Shown: positions 53,719 to 64,000 of the stretch, piece by piece
Position numbering within the stretch: position 1 is the first letter of the stretch
How the letters are laid out: each line of letters starts with the position of its first letter
From: Hydrolagus colliei
Taxonomy: Eukaryota
DNA: 64,000 nt
Assembly: GCA_035084275.1 (NCBI GenBank)
Contig: CM068754.1
Coordinates: forward strand, 11,842,001 to 11,906,000
Direction: 5' to 3'
Program-made: the position numbers and the translations under genes
The notes under the pieces: generated by a model
Told to the model about the DNA's origin: nothing
The model's database searches: none
The model's input: only the letters and a program-made list of their open reading frames with translations

Positions 53719-55697
53719 TAAATGATACGGATATGCTATGTACATACAGCTGTGGACAGGGCATTGAACAAAAGCAACATCTGCACAGCAAAAAGAGAAG
53801 TGTCATTCTGTCAGCGATTGTCATTTTCCTGCAAAGATTTCAAATGAACTATCTTACAAAAATACACAATGTTATTCATCTAAGGCACTGCTCTAGTCTA
53901 AAACATTGCCACCATATAATTAACGTTACCGTTTTCAGCATTTGTTACAGACTAGAGGATTCCTATTTTCATAAACAGCCTCAAAAGGAGCAGCACTTTG
54001 CTCCAAAGATAAATTATATTTGCGAAGATAGAGTTAAACATGAACAAAGTGGCTACCAGGTCAAGCAGACTGTCACAGGAAGATGCATTAATGACTTTAA
54101 CAAATAACAGTAGCGGTAATATTTAGGGAATAGACAAGTGGAGGAAATATTAGTATGAAAATTGCAATTTCCTATTGCTTTGCAGTAAGTCAGCAGCAGT
54201 GTGTAGTAGTATTTTGAATTCATAAGCTGAAGCACATTTCCATGTTGGAATAACTAAAGTAGTCACTTAAGTTTCAACATTTATACTACATGTACAGAAG
54301 GGAATCAAAACAAACATGTTAAGGGTTTCTGTGAAAAGGTTGCTTAAAGTTGACAACAGATTATCTGGTGTCATTTCTGGAAAGGATGCACACACACAGA
54401 TGCTTAAACAAAAACATTACGAGTTTCACAAAGCAACTTCATGGCCCAATACTGTGTTATATACATTAAAATACTTACATGGATATGAAGAAATTAAATA
54501 CATTTTCTCAAAAAGCAAATTCTGACTTTAAAATGAGTGAAGTATACATAAAACACTACCTATGTTGCTAGAAGACAAATACTTGTTGACTTAACAAAGC
54601 CACTTAAGTCATTCTTAACATCCATTAGTGCAGGCTTATTGCAAAATACACATTTATAAGAGAACACAACAGGGAGGGTATTCAAATAATACTAAACACA
54701 ATATGGTTTCCTAATCCAGCAAAATGTTGAACATAAATGGTAACATTTTAATGCACCATATTATGAAACAACCAATATTTTCATATTAGATATTAGTTAT
54801 CAATACATATCCCTTCTTACACTTAAGAGTCCTCACTACTAATGTTTGTTTGTCCTAAACACACATCTGATTGAGACACTATATTAAGGACCTGAGCCAA
54901 GATAATAGCAGCTGGAAAACGTCAAAGATGGGGGCAACTAGCAAACCTGTAATTGTTTACTACTTTAAAGCTTACACCAGGTACTACTGTTTATTATAAA
55001 GATTAGACAGTTATAATAGAATACAACAATATTTTTGTAGTACTCAAACATTGATTTCGCAAATGCGTATGCTTTTGTGACTTTAAGGAAATTGAATTAA
55101 AATTCCTATTATGTTTGTCAACTCTATAATGTTTTGAGGGAACTGATAAAATTAATTTTTTTCCCACATGTCCCAAATTATTAAAAAATAAATTTCCCAT
55201 GGTCCCATTGGTTAAAGTGAACTACAAATATGCAGACACCATAGGCACTAGCTCCTTAATAGTATTGTAAATTAACATGAATATGGTTGCAACACGTAGC
55301 GGTAAAGAAATCTTACCCACGTAACTAGTAATGACACACTAGTTAATTTTTCTACTGATATGAAAATAATGGTGGCCAAAACAATTTAGTCAACTACATA
55401 AAGGACAAGAAAGGAATGAAATTTTAATTGACCCATTCTAGCAAAACAGCTTAAATCTGCTACCAAGAGAAAGCATAACATCAAGGAAATCATCCCTGAA
55501 GCTTTTCAAGGTGCAAATTTCACAATCAGCATTCCACTCAATATTTTTTGTGCCACCTCTGTTAGGGCCTTGCTAATTCTTCGAAGCAAATATTTTGAAA
55601 TTCAGTAGAAGCAGCTCTATGTAACAAGGCCTTCAGCACTTAGTAAAAATACTGAATATGCAAGTGCAATCACAAGTGATGTCCAGGACCAAGGCGT

Positions 55698-55705
55698 TCA
55701 AAGCT
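55698..55705 (-). CDS. MAP7D3: MAP7D3 terminal coding stub (E L *)
   Basis: ttttctcag|AG CTT TGA completes the phase-1 codon. Confidence 0.7.
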
Positions 55706-58700
55706 CTGAGAAAATAAATAAGAGTGCTTTACAGAGTGTCAAAAATAAAGAATTGCAAATTTGTTTATAAGCAAAATTGTAAATGATAAATTCATATAAT
55801 TAAATTAATTCATCACTAAGTAAATTGTAAGTTTGGTATCAATATCTGTTTATTTGTCATTCAATCCAAGACTGGGACACTGCAGTGCCCAATTGGCTGC
55901 CATATTTTGTGCACAAAATACAGTCAACCACTTTACAATAAATGCTTTGAGATGTCTCAAAGACATGATGAAGCCCTATATCAAACGCAAGATTATTATT
56001 CACAGTTATGCCTGCCATAAAAGTACTATTTAATAATAGCACATCAGAGCTCCTGTGGCTTAGTTGTTAGAGCACTTGTCTTGCAAGCTGGGGAGACCTG
56101 TGTTCGAATCCAGGCAGGTCAGGGCGAAACCTTGGGCAAGTTTCCTTACTCCACACGCCTAATAATAATCCATCTAAAAAAACCACAATAATAAAATTGG
56201 TCATTTCAATCCATGACTGTTTGTGGGACACTGCTGTGTGCAATTGGCTGCTGCGATTCGCCCACAAATATAGTCAATTCACTTTACAGTATATTCTGTG
56301 AAGCGCTTTGGGACATTGATAAGATGTGAACAGCACTATACCAAATGCAAGGATTATTATTATTATTATCTAATTTCAATTTGGGGGTTACATTAAATGG
56401 AATGAAACCTACAGGAGGCTATTGAGTTGAATTTATATTAAAATCTTACCTGATGTTGCTTCAAGAGGTTTGGTCAAAGATGTCACTCCCCCGTTTTCCT
56501 CAAGTGCAATTATACGGTTCTCAGGAATGCCGCCAGCGTCAATCAAGTTTTGGTTACAGTCATCAGCATTACGGGCAGCTACAGTTAACTTGGTATTTTT
56601 TGAATGAACTCCAATAAACTCCTCAAAGATCCAGGCGCTAGATTTTCCATTCTGGCTTTCAAGTCCCACACTCTGATCTGCTTCATTCAAATGTAAACAT
56701 TCCGATACGGATTCTTCTTTTGGCATGGGGCTTCGAAAAGACAAATGCAAAAGCATAAAAATACAAGTCACTGAACTGACAGAAGAAATACACATAGCAA
56801 CTCTGTGTCTTTGAAGTGCTCTGAGACGACGCCCGGCGTGGGGGGGGGTCGCTATATAAATTGAAGTTATTGTTGTTGTCTTAAGGTTTTGGACTTGCCT
56901 TGAAAGAAACATTGTTGGCTTCAAAATTTAACAGCCAATTGAACCAGAATTTTAAAAATATCTCACGTTGATTGTTTTATTCATGAATTTAATCCATTTG
57001 ATTTACATTTACTAACTGCACACTATGTTTAAATACAAACTGTTGTAAAGAACCTACCTAACATCCATTGGCTGGTCACCATCCAAGGAGTTCACAATAT
57101 TATTAGGCTTGTCTAAACCATTTAGATCAGTTATCTCATCAACAGTAGGTTGTGTAGACAAATCCGTAGGCACAGTCTCAAAGCCACATTCCAGCTGTGT
57201 ATCATCTTGGAATGCACGAATGCCATTGGTCCCTTCTAGGTACAGGATAGATTTAATGGAGAAATTAAGCTCAATTACTTTGTTATTTTAAGAAGCACAG
57301 CAGTGACAAAATGTACATACACCCATGTGTCTAGAAATATTTTACAGTTGGTGATAAAAGCAGCTAAAACTAAAACTCAGCTCGCTGTAATCAGAACCAA
57401 TATGGAAAATTTTGAAATAAGGAAGGTAGTTTGGGTGGGGAAGTTAGAAACGGGTAATGAATGAATAGAAACCCACACTCCGTGGGCACGAGAGATTTCA
57501 TAAAAAATGGCAAACATAATTACTTTTATGGAGCAGGGGTGGTGGGGAGTGGGGTGAGAAGGGAAAACCTCTTAAAAGATTTTATCATTCTTTTTCTATA
57601 AAGCAGCCTCAATTTAGAATCTTCAGCAATATGCCAATTACTCACCCTCATCATCTAAATCTTCATTTTCAGGCTCATCTTCATTATTTTCATCTTCAAG
57701 GTCTGGACTGTCAGACTTCTCATCCATCTTTAGAAATAGTTTTAGATATTTTCATAACATGCACAAATAAGCTCCAAAGACAGCATAAAGCAGAATACGA
57801 TCATTTGTTTTATTTGCTCAAGTAATTTTTATTTACATCAAAAGCATGGAGAAGCAGTTTAATAAATATTAAAGGTAACACTAAATTTAATATATGGCTG
57901 ATTTGAGAGCCAGCGCCCAGCAAGAGTGAAAATATTACTTTGTTTGTTATGCTCTATCAGTAATCTTACAGAATTGTAACTTGCGACTATTTCTAATTAT
58001 TTTTAAAATGAAGAGAACTAAATTTTAGATATTATACAGGTAGACCCCGCTTAACGAAGTGGTTAGGGACTTTAAAACCCTCCGTTAAGCGAAAATTTTG
58101 TTAAGCAAGAGTTTAACTGTATTACTGTATTTGACCGCAGCCCAAAATGCCACCTCAACCCGAGCCTCCCTGCTAAAATCAGTTTAGTTCCTAGCGGTTC
58201 CTAGCGCTAACATTTTTCGATGTACAGGTTGAGCGGCCAAAAGTCCGGAGTTCCAGAATCCGGAATGTGACAAAAATTGCAAGAATAAAAACGCCAATCC
58301 TACCTGATCCAGGCCAGTCACCACACTGAAATATCGCAACCTGGGCCCAGGCATTTCCGGATTCGGGACGCGCTTCTGGCGTTCCGAAGTCCGGAAATAC
58401 CCGAACCTGGGCTCTAGCGTTTCTGGACTTCGGACATCAGAAACACGTTCCGAATTCTGGAAAAACATGAAAACCGGCTCGGCTTCGGTCGCCGGATTCA
58501 GGACACTCAACCTGTACTAGCGAAGGCCTAAGGTAGATATAACTGCTATTGAAGGCTACACAACTTTAAATATAACAATAAAATATTAAAATGTTAGTAA
58601 ATACAACAATAAGCACTAAAATACAGATAGTCCTCGACTTACTATTTTTGAAGCCTCAAAGCATCCTGCTGCTTAAACTCCTCCCATATGGGAGGGGCTG

Positions 58701-61700
58701 CACTGCACTGCTTAACTGAGGCACGCTAAAGACTGAGCATGTGTTGCAGGGGAAACCGGGAGAGACTTTACTCATGAGAAGCCCGCGAGATTTAAAGTGT
58801 ATGTAAACATTCGTTTTAACAAATGCAGTCTTCGTTAAGCGGATAAGTGGTACAAATAGAAACCTTCGTTATAGTGAACTTTCATTGACCGGGCATTCGT
58901 TAAGCGGGGTCTACCTGTATTACAAACTTTTATATAAAATCTTCCAATTGTTGTAACTGACTTTTTGCTGCAACATTCACATTTCAGGATCTAATCCCTA
59001 TTGATGCAAAACATTCAGTAAAACTCAGATGAAATGCACCAAGTTGATGCAAGGCACTTTTCCAGAGAAATTAATAAGCAACTAGAATCAATACAGCTCT
59101 TTTGCATTTCCTCTATACCGGTTGAACATTAGTATTAGCTGGGGACCAAGTTGGATGTCATCATAATCAGTAGGAAAAACATAGAGCAAAAAGATGAAAC
59201 AGAAAAACAAAATCAAAGTATTTACCTTAGATTCAGTGAGGTCACCCTTCCTTGTTCTCTTCATAATTTCATCGATTCTCTGTCAATTTGAATGAAATAT
59301 TACACGTCTGCGATATTAAGAAGTTGTACAATTAAAGTGATGTTTGTCTAACTGACCACGACACCTACAATCCTGTGTGCACAACTGTTCACATATTGTG
59401 CATAATCCACTTGGAAAATGACACATAACACATGATAATAGACATGACAGACGAGTGCAGTGTAGCAGTGGGTAAATATTTTTTTTTTGTGAAATACCAG
59501 TTGGGGACGTACCTTCTTCCTATCAAGCCTTTCCTGAAGATTTTGCTGCATAATACGCTCTCGTTCCAGTTTCTGATGCTCAGCTTCTTCCAAAGCTTTG
59601 GCTTCAGCTTCCTCCCTCTGAAATATATAAAGTATTGATCTGAGTCTAAGTTTATTGAAATCGGATGACCATACATTTTAAATGACAAATAGGTGTGTTA
59701 CTGCCTAATCAAATCACAATCTGTAAGCCTTCACTCAAATTTCTTACAATTTTTGCACTGTACCAAACTGCAAGTTCCTTGGATGCAAGGTACACATTTG
59801 TTTATAGCATTATCAAGATACCCGACAACTCTAAGGCTATTTTGTAAGTCACATATCACTGGGTTTATGTTTATATCATATATAAGTAATAACAACAAAC
59901 AGACATAACCAAATATATTTTACATTATAATAAAATAATCACACAAAGTACTGTACAAGAATTCCTGAGCACTAATATAGTTATGGTTTTCAAAGTAAAC
60001 TTATCCCAAAATAGGGTTCTTGCCATCTTGTGCCTAAAATTCTCTGCAAATAGGTAAGCCGGATGTGTCCTTCCAAGGAAACAGTGCAAATTGCATTCCA
60101 ATAAATACCTTTGGATTTTCCATGTGTAGGTACGATGCATGAAGCTGGTTTGAATACTCCTAAGCCTGGTGATGGGTTTCCACATGTGCCAAGACTCCCG
60201 GCTGACCAAACAAAACGTTTATTGTAAACTAACCTGTTGCTGAAGTTCTGCAAGATGTTCCTGTTCCTCTTGTTCTCTACGGATCCTTTCATCTTCAGCT
60301 AGTCTGTGATTCTCCTCCTCTTTAACTTTTCTTTCCTCTTCTTCCTTACGTTCTTCTTCTTTCCTACGAATTCTCTCTTCTGCTGCCTTCTTTACTAATT
60401 CTTCTTTCCTGAGTCTTAAAAACACACTTAGTAAATAATGCAATTCTTCCACAAGGTCACAGACAGGCAAACAGACAAACAAACAGACATTTTAATCGCA
60501 AACCATTTTGGTACAATTTTATTCTTAGCCATTAATTTTAATACGTTAACCCATTTTACATAAATATAAAAGTGATTTAAAATAATTGGCTCAGGAAATA
60601 TGTATTGAATTTGTATGACTACATTTTAAATGAAAAATAACTTTGGTACTGCCTAAACAAATCATAATCTATAAATCCTCGCTTACATTTCTTACCATTT
60701 TTGTACAAAACTTACTTTTCAGCTTCTTCTCGTTGGAGCTTTTCTTGTTCCTCACGCTCTTTCTGTTCACGTGCCAAGCGGCGTTTTTCAGCCAAGATCT
60801 TTGCAGCTTCTTCGGCAGTTGTGGTCCCTGCAACAGTAATACATTCCAATGAGTTGCTAGGTTAAAGGAAAACAAAATCCAAAAAGATTCCTCTGCACAC
60901 AAATGAAACAGCTGGCTAAAAGTTATAAATCCAGACAACTAGGAATACGTCAGCTTTTATTAGTTTGGTTTATCGAATACTTGTTTCTCAATTCTTAGAA
61001 TCAACAATATTATATAGGGAAATAGGGCACAGTGAATGGAAACATAAAATCATCTCTTGTAATCTTATTTATTTTTCAAGTGATCAAGCCTTGGAACTAA
61101 GTTCTACCTGTTTTCTGCTCAGAATCTTTGGTTTTGGTGGATTGTGCTCCCGAAGGTTCCTTTTCCGGTGTCAGTATAGCAACTTCATTCTTCTGCTTTG
61201 GTTTTCCTTCCTTCTCGATTTTCTTTTTAGTGGCACTTCCCCCAGTAGGAGTAAGTGGGAGTCGCTGAATTGGCAGAGGTTTTTGGATGTTTGTAGGAGA
61301 TGGAGGGCGCTGCTTGAATGGGCTGGGAGAAGGAGGACGGTTCTTTGGATTTGATCTAATGATGAATAAAATAATGCTCAGAAGGATGTGCAATTTAAAT
61401 TGCAATTAAAAAGACTTATAGAATCAAAGCCATGTAAACAATGTTAAAATTATATTAAAAAGAGATAATGTTTGGAGGGAGGTTCTTAATAAATGCATCC
61501 CTCAATTAATATTAATAATATCTGTTTAAAAGAAAATGAAATAAATCAGAGGTAATTATCTAGGGATCGTAGAATAGTCCGAAATCGGAACTAGACCTCC
61601 TCAACCTAACGAATACAGTCACTAATTTGCTCTGAAATATACTAACTGATCAATGGACAACGGCTATAAATTTATTAAATAGAATTCCTAGAAATTTCCA

Positions 61701-62739
61701 AGAAATTTACTTGATTGTTGAAGGTGACGGAGGTCTTTTTGCCGCTGTAGTGGATGGTGATGGAGGTCTCTTGGACAAATTGGCTGGAGAAGGAGACCGT
61801 CTGCGTCCCATTCTTGTAGCAGGAGATGAAGGAGATGAAGGACGTTTTTCCTTGACTTGCTTCTGTGTATAGGAACCAAAGCCAATTGAAATCTAAAACG
61901 CGTTTGTCGTCCAGCAATTTAAAGAAACATTCCATTAAAAGCACCCAAACTGCTTCATTGATTCTTTACTTTAATGTACACTCAGCCAGGAGCAATCAAA
62001 TTGGTTAGAAAGCAGGAATAAATATCCTTCAATCGAGTACTAGATTTGGTTTACTTTTACTTTGTTTACCACAATCAAGCAAACTCCAGCAGATATAATG
62101 TGATTTTAAAAAAATACTAAATTAGCAAGTGGCCCAGCAGTCATCATGAGATCTTGTGAACTACTGTAAGTAACCAACATTGAGGAAAAACAAATCTGAC
62201 AAAATAGTTGTTTAGTCTTATAGAATGTGACATTTGGAACTGTGTTATTCCATTTTAGTCCTTCAAATGCCTGCTGCATTTAACATGAAAATATGTTTTA
62301 TAGCTTTTTAGAAAATATTATATAGTACCTGTTCTATACCAAATACAACAATGGAAGGAAATATATGAAGTACAATACTTATTTGAAATTATAAAACAAC
62401 AACAAAAATTGCATTTAAATAGCTCCTTTCTCATCGGGAGGAAACTGAAACCCCCCCCCCCCCCCAGCACAATACTAGATTTAATGAATCACGACAGGTA
62501 AACAATGAGTTGGCATTAGTGAATTTAAAGCTCGACTATGGAGATATATATGAACAAAGAGATTCATAAGATCGCTTCTCTACTGACCTGTGCGGTCTCA
62601 GTGGGTTTAGACTCTTCAGTTTGGGAAGCAGATGTCACCTTCTGTCTGTCAATGCTGCGACTACGCAGGGGCTTGTTGGGAGGGTTGATGGGGGAATTCA
62701 TGGAACTAGCTGAAGCTGAACGAGGACAGAGGTGAGACT
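55698..62739 (-). CDS. MAP7D3: MAP7 domain-containing protein 3, spliced, 5' exons outside window; complement(join(55698..55705,56450..56730,57058..57235,57646..57727,59226..59279,59513..59617,60234..60414,60716..60827,61108..61355,61711..61862,62588..62739))
   Basis: MAP7 domain signature GTTTAEEAAKILAEKRRLAREQKERE...RKKRIDEIMKRTRK; CPRSASAS motif; all junctions GT-AG and in phase; paralogue assigned by synteny (convergent with FHL1). Confidence 0.88.
55855..56000 (+). mobile_element. SINE 3' half (older copy)
   Basis: GGGACACTGCAGTGCCCAATTGGCTGC core plus tail. Confidence 0.75.
56047..56369 (+). mobile_element. Full-length young SINE copy in the last MAP7D3 intron
   Basis: A/B boxes, core, (ATT)n tail. 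Confidence 0.9.
56450..56730 (-). CDS. MAP7D3: MAP7D3 exon SPMPKEE...SSAWIFEEFI...KPLEATS
   Basis: ttcgaag acceptor, GTAAGA donor; MAP7-family-like FEE-x-I motif. Confidence 0.85.
57058..57235 (-). CDS. MAP7D3: MAP7D3 exon EGTNGIRAFQDD...DGDQPMDV
   Basis: acctag acceptor, GTAGGT donor; open and in phase. Confidence 0.78.
57646..57727 (-). CDS. MAP7D3: MAP7D3 acidic exon MDEKSDSPDLEDENNEDEPENEDLDDE
   Basis: ctaaag acceptor, GTGAGT donor; phases 0/1 fit neighbours. Confidence 0.78.
58037..58917. mobile_element. Non-autonomous Tc1/mariner-pogo (Tigger-like) MITE
   Basis: Perfect 22-bp TIR CAGGTAGACCCCGCTTAACGAA, TA on both sides, subterminal CGTTAAGCG repeats. Confidence 0.9.
58225..58514. 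mobile_element. Second Tigger-like MITE (290 bp) nested in the first
   Basis: TA|CAGGTTGAG...CTCAACCTG|TA; internal TCCGGA/TTCCG repeats; CpG-rich. Confidence 0.85.
59226..59279 (-). CDS. MAP7D3: MAP7D3 exon RIDEIMKRTRKGDLTESK
   Basis: End of MAP7 domain; gacag acceptor, GTAAA donor. Confidence 0.92.
59513..59617 (-). CDS. MAP7D3: MAP7D3 exon REEAEAKALEEAEHQKLERERIMQQNLQERLDRKK
   Basis: tttcag acceptor, GTACGT donor. Confidence 0.92.
60234..60414 (-). CDS. MAP7D3: MAP7D3 exon LRKEELVKKAAEER...HLAELQQQ (E/R/K-rich helix)
   Basis: tttaag acceptor, GTTAGT donor. Confidence 0.9.
60716..60827 (-). CDS. MAP7D3: MAP7D3 exon GTTTAEEAAKILAEKRRLAREQKEREEQEKLQREEAE
   Basis: Start of MAP7 domain; ttgcag acceptor, GTAAGT donor. 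Confidence 0.92.
61108..61355 (-). CDS. MAP7D3: MAP7D3 exon SNPKNRPPSP...KDSEQKT
   Basis: cattag acceptor, GTAGAA donor. Confidence 0.82.
61711..61862 (-). CDS. MAP7D3: MAP7D3 exon KQVKEKRPSSP...KRPPSPSTI
   Basis: acacag acceptor, GTAAAT donor; Pro/Ser-rich. Confidence 0.85.
62588..62739 (-). CDS. MAP7D3: MAP7D3 exon SHLCPRSASASSMNSP...KPTETAQ
   Basis: tttgtag acceptor, GTCAGT donor on minus strand. Confidence 0.85.
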
Positions 62740-64000
62740 CTACAAAGTTAGAATTTGAACCAGGACGGCAAGAATGCGCAGAGTAGAAAAACAGAAAGGA
62801 GAGAAAAACAGATTGTTCAAGGTTAGGTCCAAATCACAAATAGGGCTGGAAGTGCAGGAGACCAAATTTCATCATCAAACACCAGCACACATGCCAGCGT
62901 CAATGCTTAAGAAGATAAGGAAAGTAATACAATATAAATACTTTAAATAATCACTCTTTGACTGGCATAATTTGTGGCATTTATGAAGAAGTTATTTTAA
63001 CATTAAACTATAGGTTAATAGCCGATCCATATAGAAACACAAATATAGTAAAGTTTTTGTCACATGGACAGTCCCACTGGCTACCTATTGATATTAATAA
63101 CAATAAAACTTGCATAGTCTCTGTTTGTATTATATAGATGTTTATGCAGCTGGCGGCAATCCAGTTTACATTTCCGCAGCACCAAACTAATTGGAACTAT
63201 TCTATAATTTTGATATTATACACCTTCACATACACAAGTACATACACATCATGCAAACTTTAAAAAACACAACACTAATGGAGCATTTTGGCAAAGTGCA
63301 GTAGGAGTGGTGATGCACTAGGCTGGTTATACATTCAGCTGGCACTGGCGATACAATAGCGAAGAGTAACTTAGCAGAAAGGATGTGGGGACTGAAAAAA
63401 AATTGAGTTATTCAAGATTTTCATGGATGTACAATATGAAGTACCAACCAACAAGCCATTCAACCTGACTATGCCTCAGAAGTAGATATTTTTCATTTGC
63501 CATCCCAATAAAATAAGTAATTAATTGGGGCCCCTTTTAACCAACATACAAATGTTTTGTGTTTGCTCCATTCCTTTACTGAAACAGCATTTCAGTCACG
63601 TTGAAGCAACGTCATTAAACCCATTCACTTATTGGAACTAATGGTTCACAAAAGATAAATGCAAATGTTAGATTTTTCCCACAATAACTTATTTGCTGTG
63701 TTTCTGTAGAAAGATCTTTTAAAGGAAATATCTATTAAAAATTTTATATTGAAACCTTTTCTGTGCCATTGATCAAGGTAAAATGATGTTCTAGAGGTTG
63801 TACCAGGAATTTGCTTTGAGGCCCTGTACATTGAGGCCCTACCACTCAAGCTGACAACTGATCAGGCTCATACTGTTATTCCTAAATTAGTAGCAGATCT
63901 TCGCTATCTGATGGTGAAACTTAGAAACACAACAACAAACCATGGAAATTTTTCAAGGCCTATCTGTCAGCAAGCACGAATGGAAGGTATCAATTGATTT

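Noticed and set aside
53562-54107. Longest ORF in the track (181 aa)
   Set aside because: TTG start, no recognisable domain, AT-rich, antisense to the MAP7D3 3' UTR region
60828-60870. Upstream alternative acceptor with a TTCCTTTAAC branch-like motif in MAP7D3
   Set aside because: Would add 29 nt and frameshift; the upstream donor GTAGAA is not U12-type

Overview
Vertebrate genomic DNA, AT-rich and intron-containing. The repeat content (Deu-type SINEs with L2 tails, CR1, L2, Tigger-like MITEs) and compact introns suggest a cartilaginous fish such as a chimaera; this is an inference. Three spliced genes lie in the same order as on human Xq26: the last 14 coding exons of SLC9A6/NHE6 (+, 669-15329), a complete FHL1 CDS (+, 47929-52165, 5 exons, 279 aa), and the last 11 coding exons of MAP7D3 (-, 62739-55698), convergent with FHL1. 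Main observations: SLC9A6 has three minor-spliceosome (U12) introns, one of which reads AT...AT rather than AT...AC. Two independent L2 fragments are inserted at essentially the same position of two SINE copies. A SINE subfamily carries a 14-bp duplication in its tRNA-like head. There is a nested MITE, an unexplained 67-bp inverted repeat, and no KyoT2/RBP-J motif in the alternative frame of FHL1. I found no convincing wholly new biological system; most short ORFs in the track are spurious.
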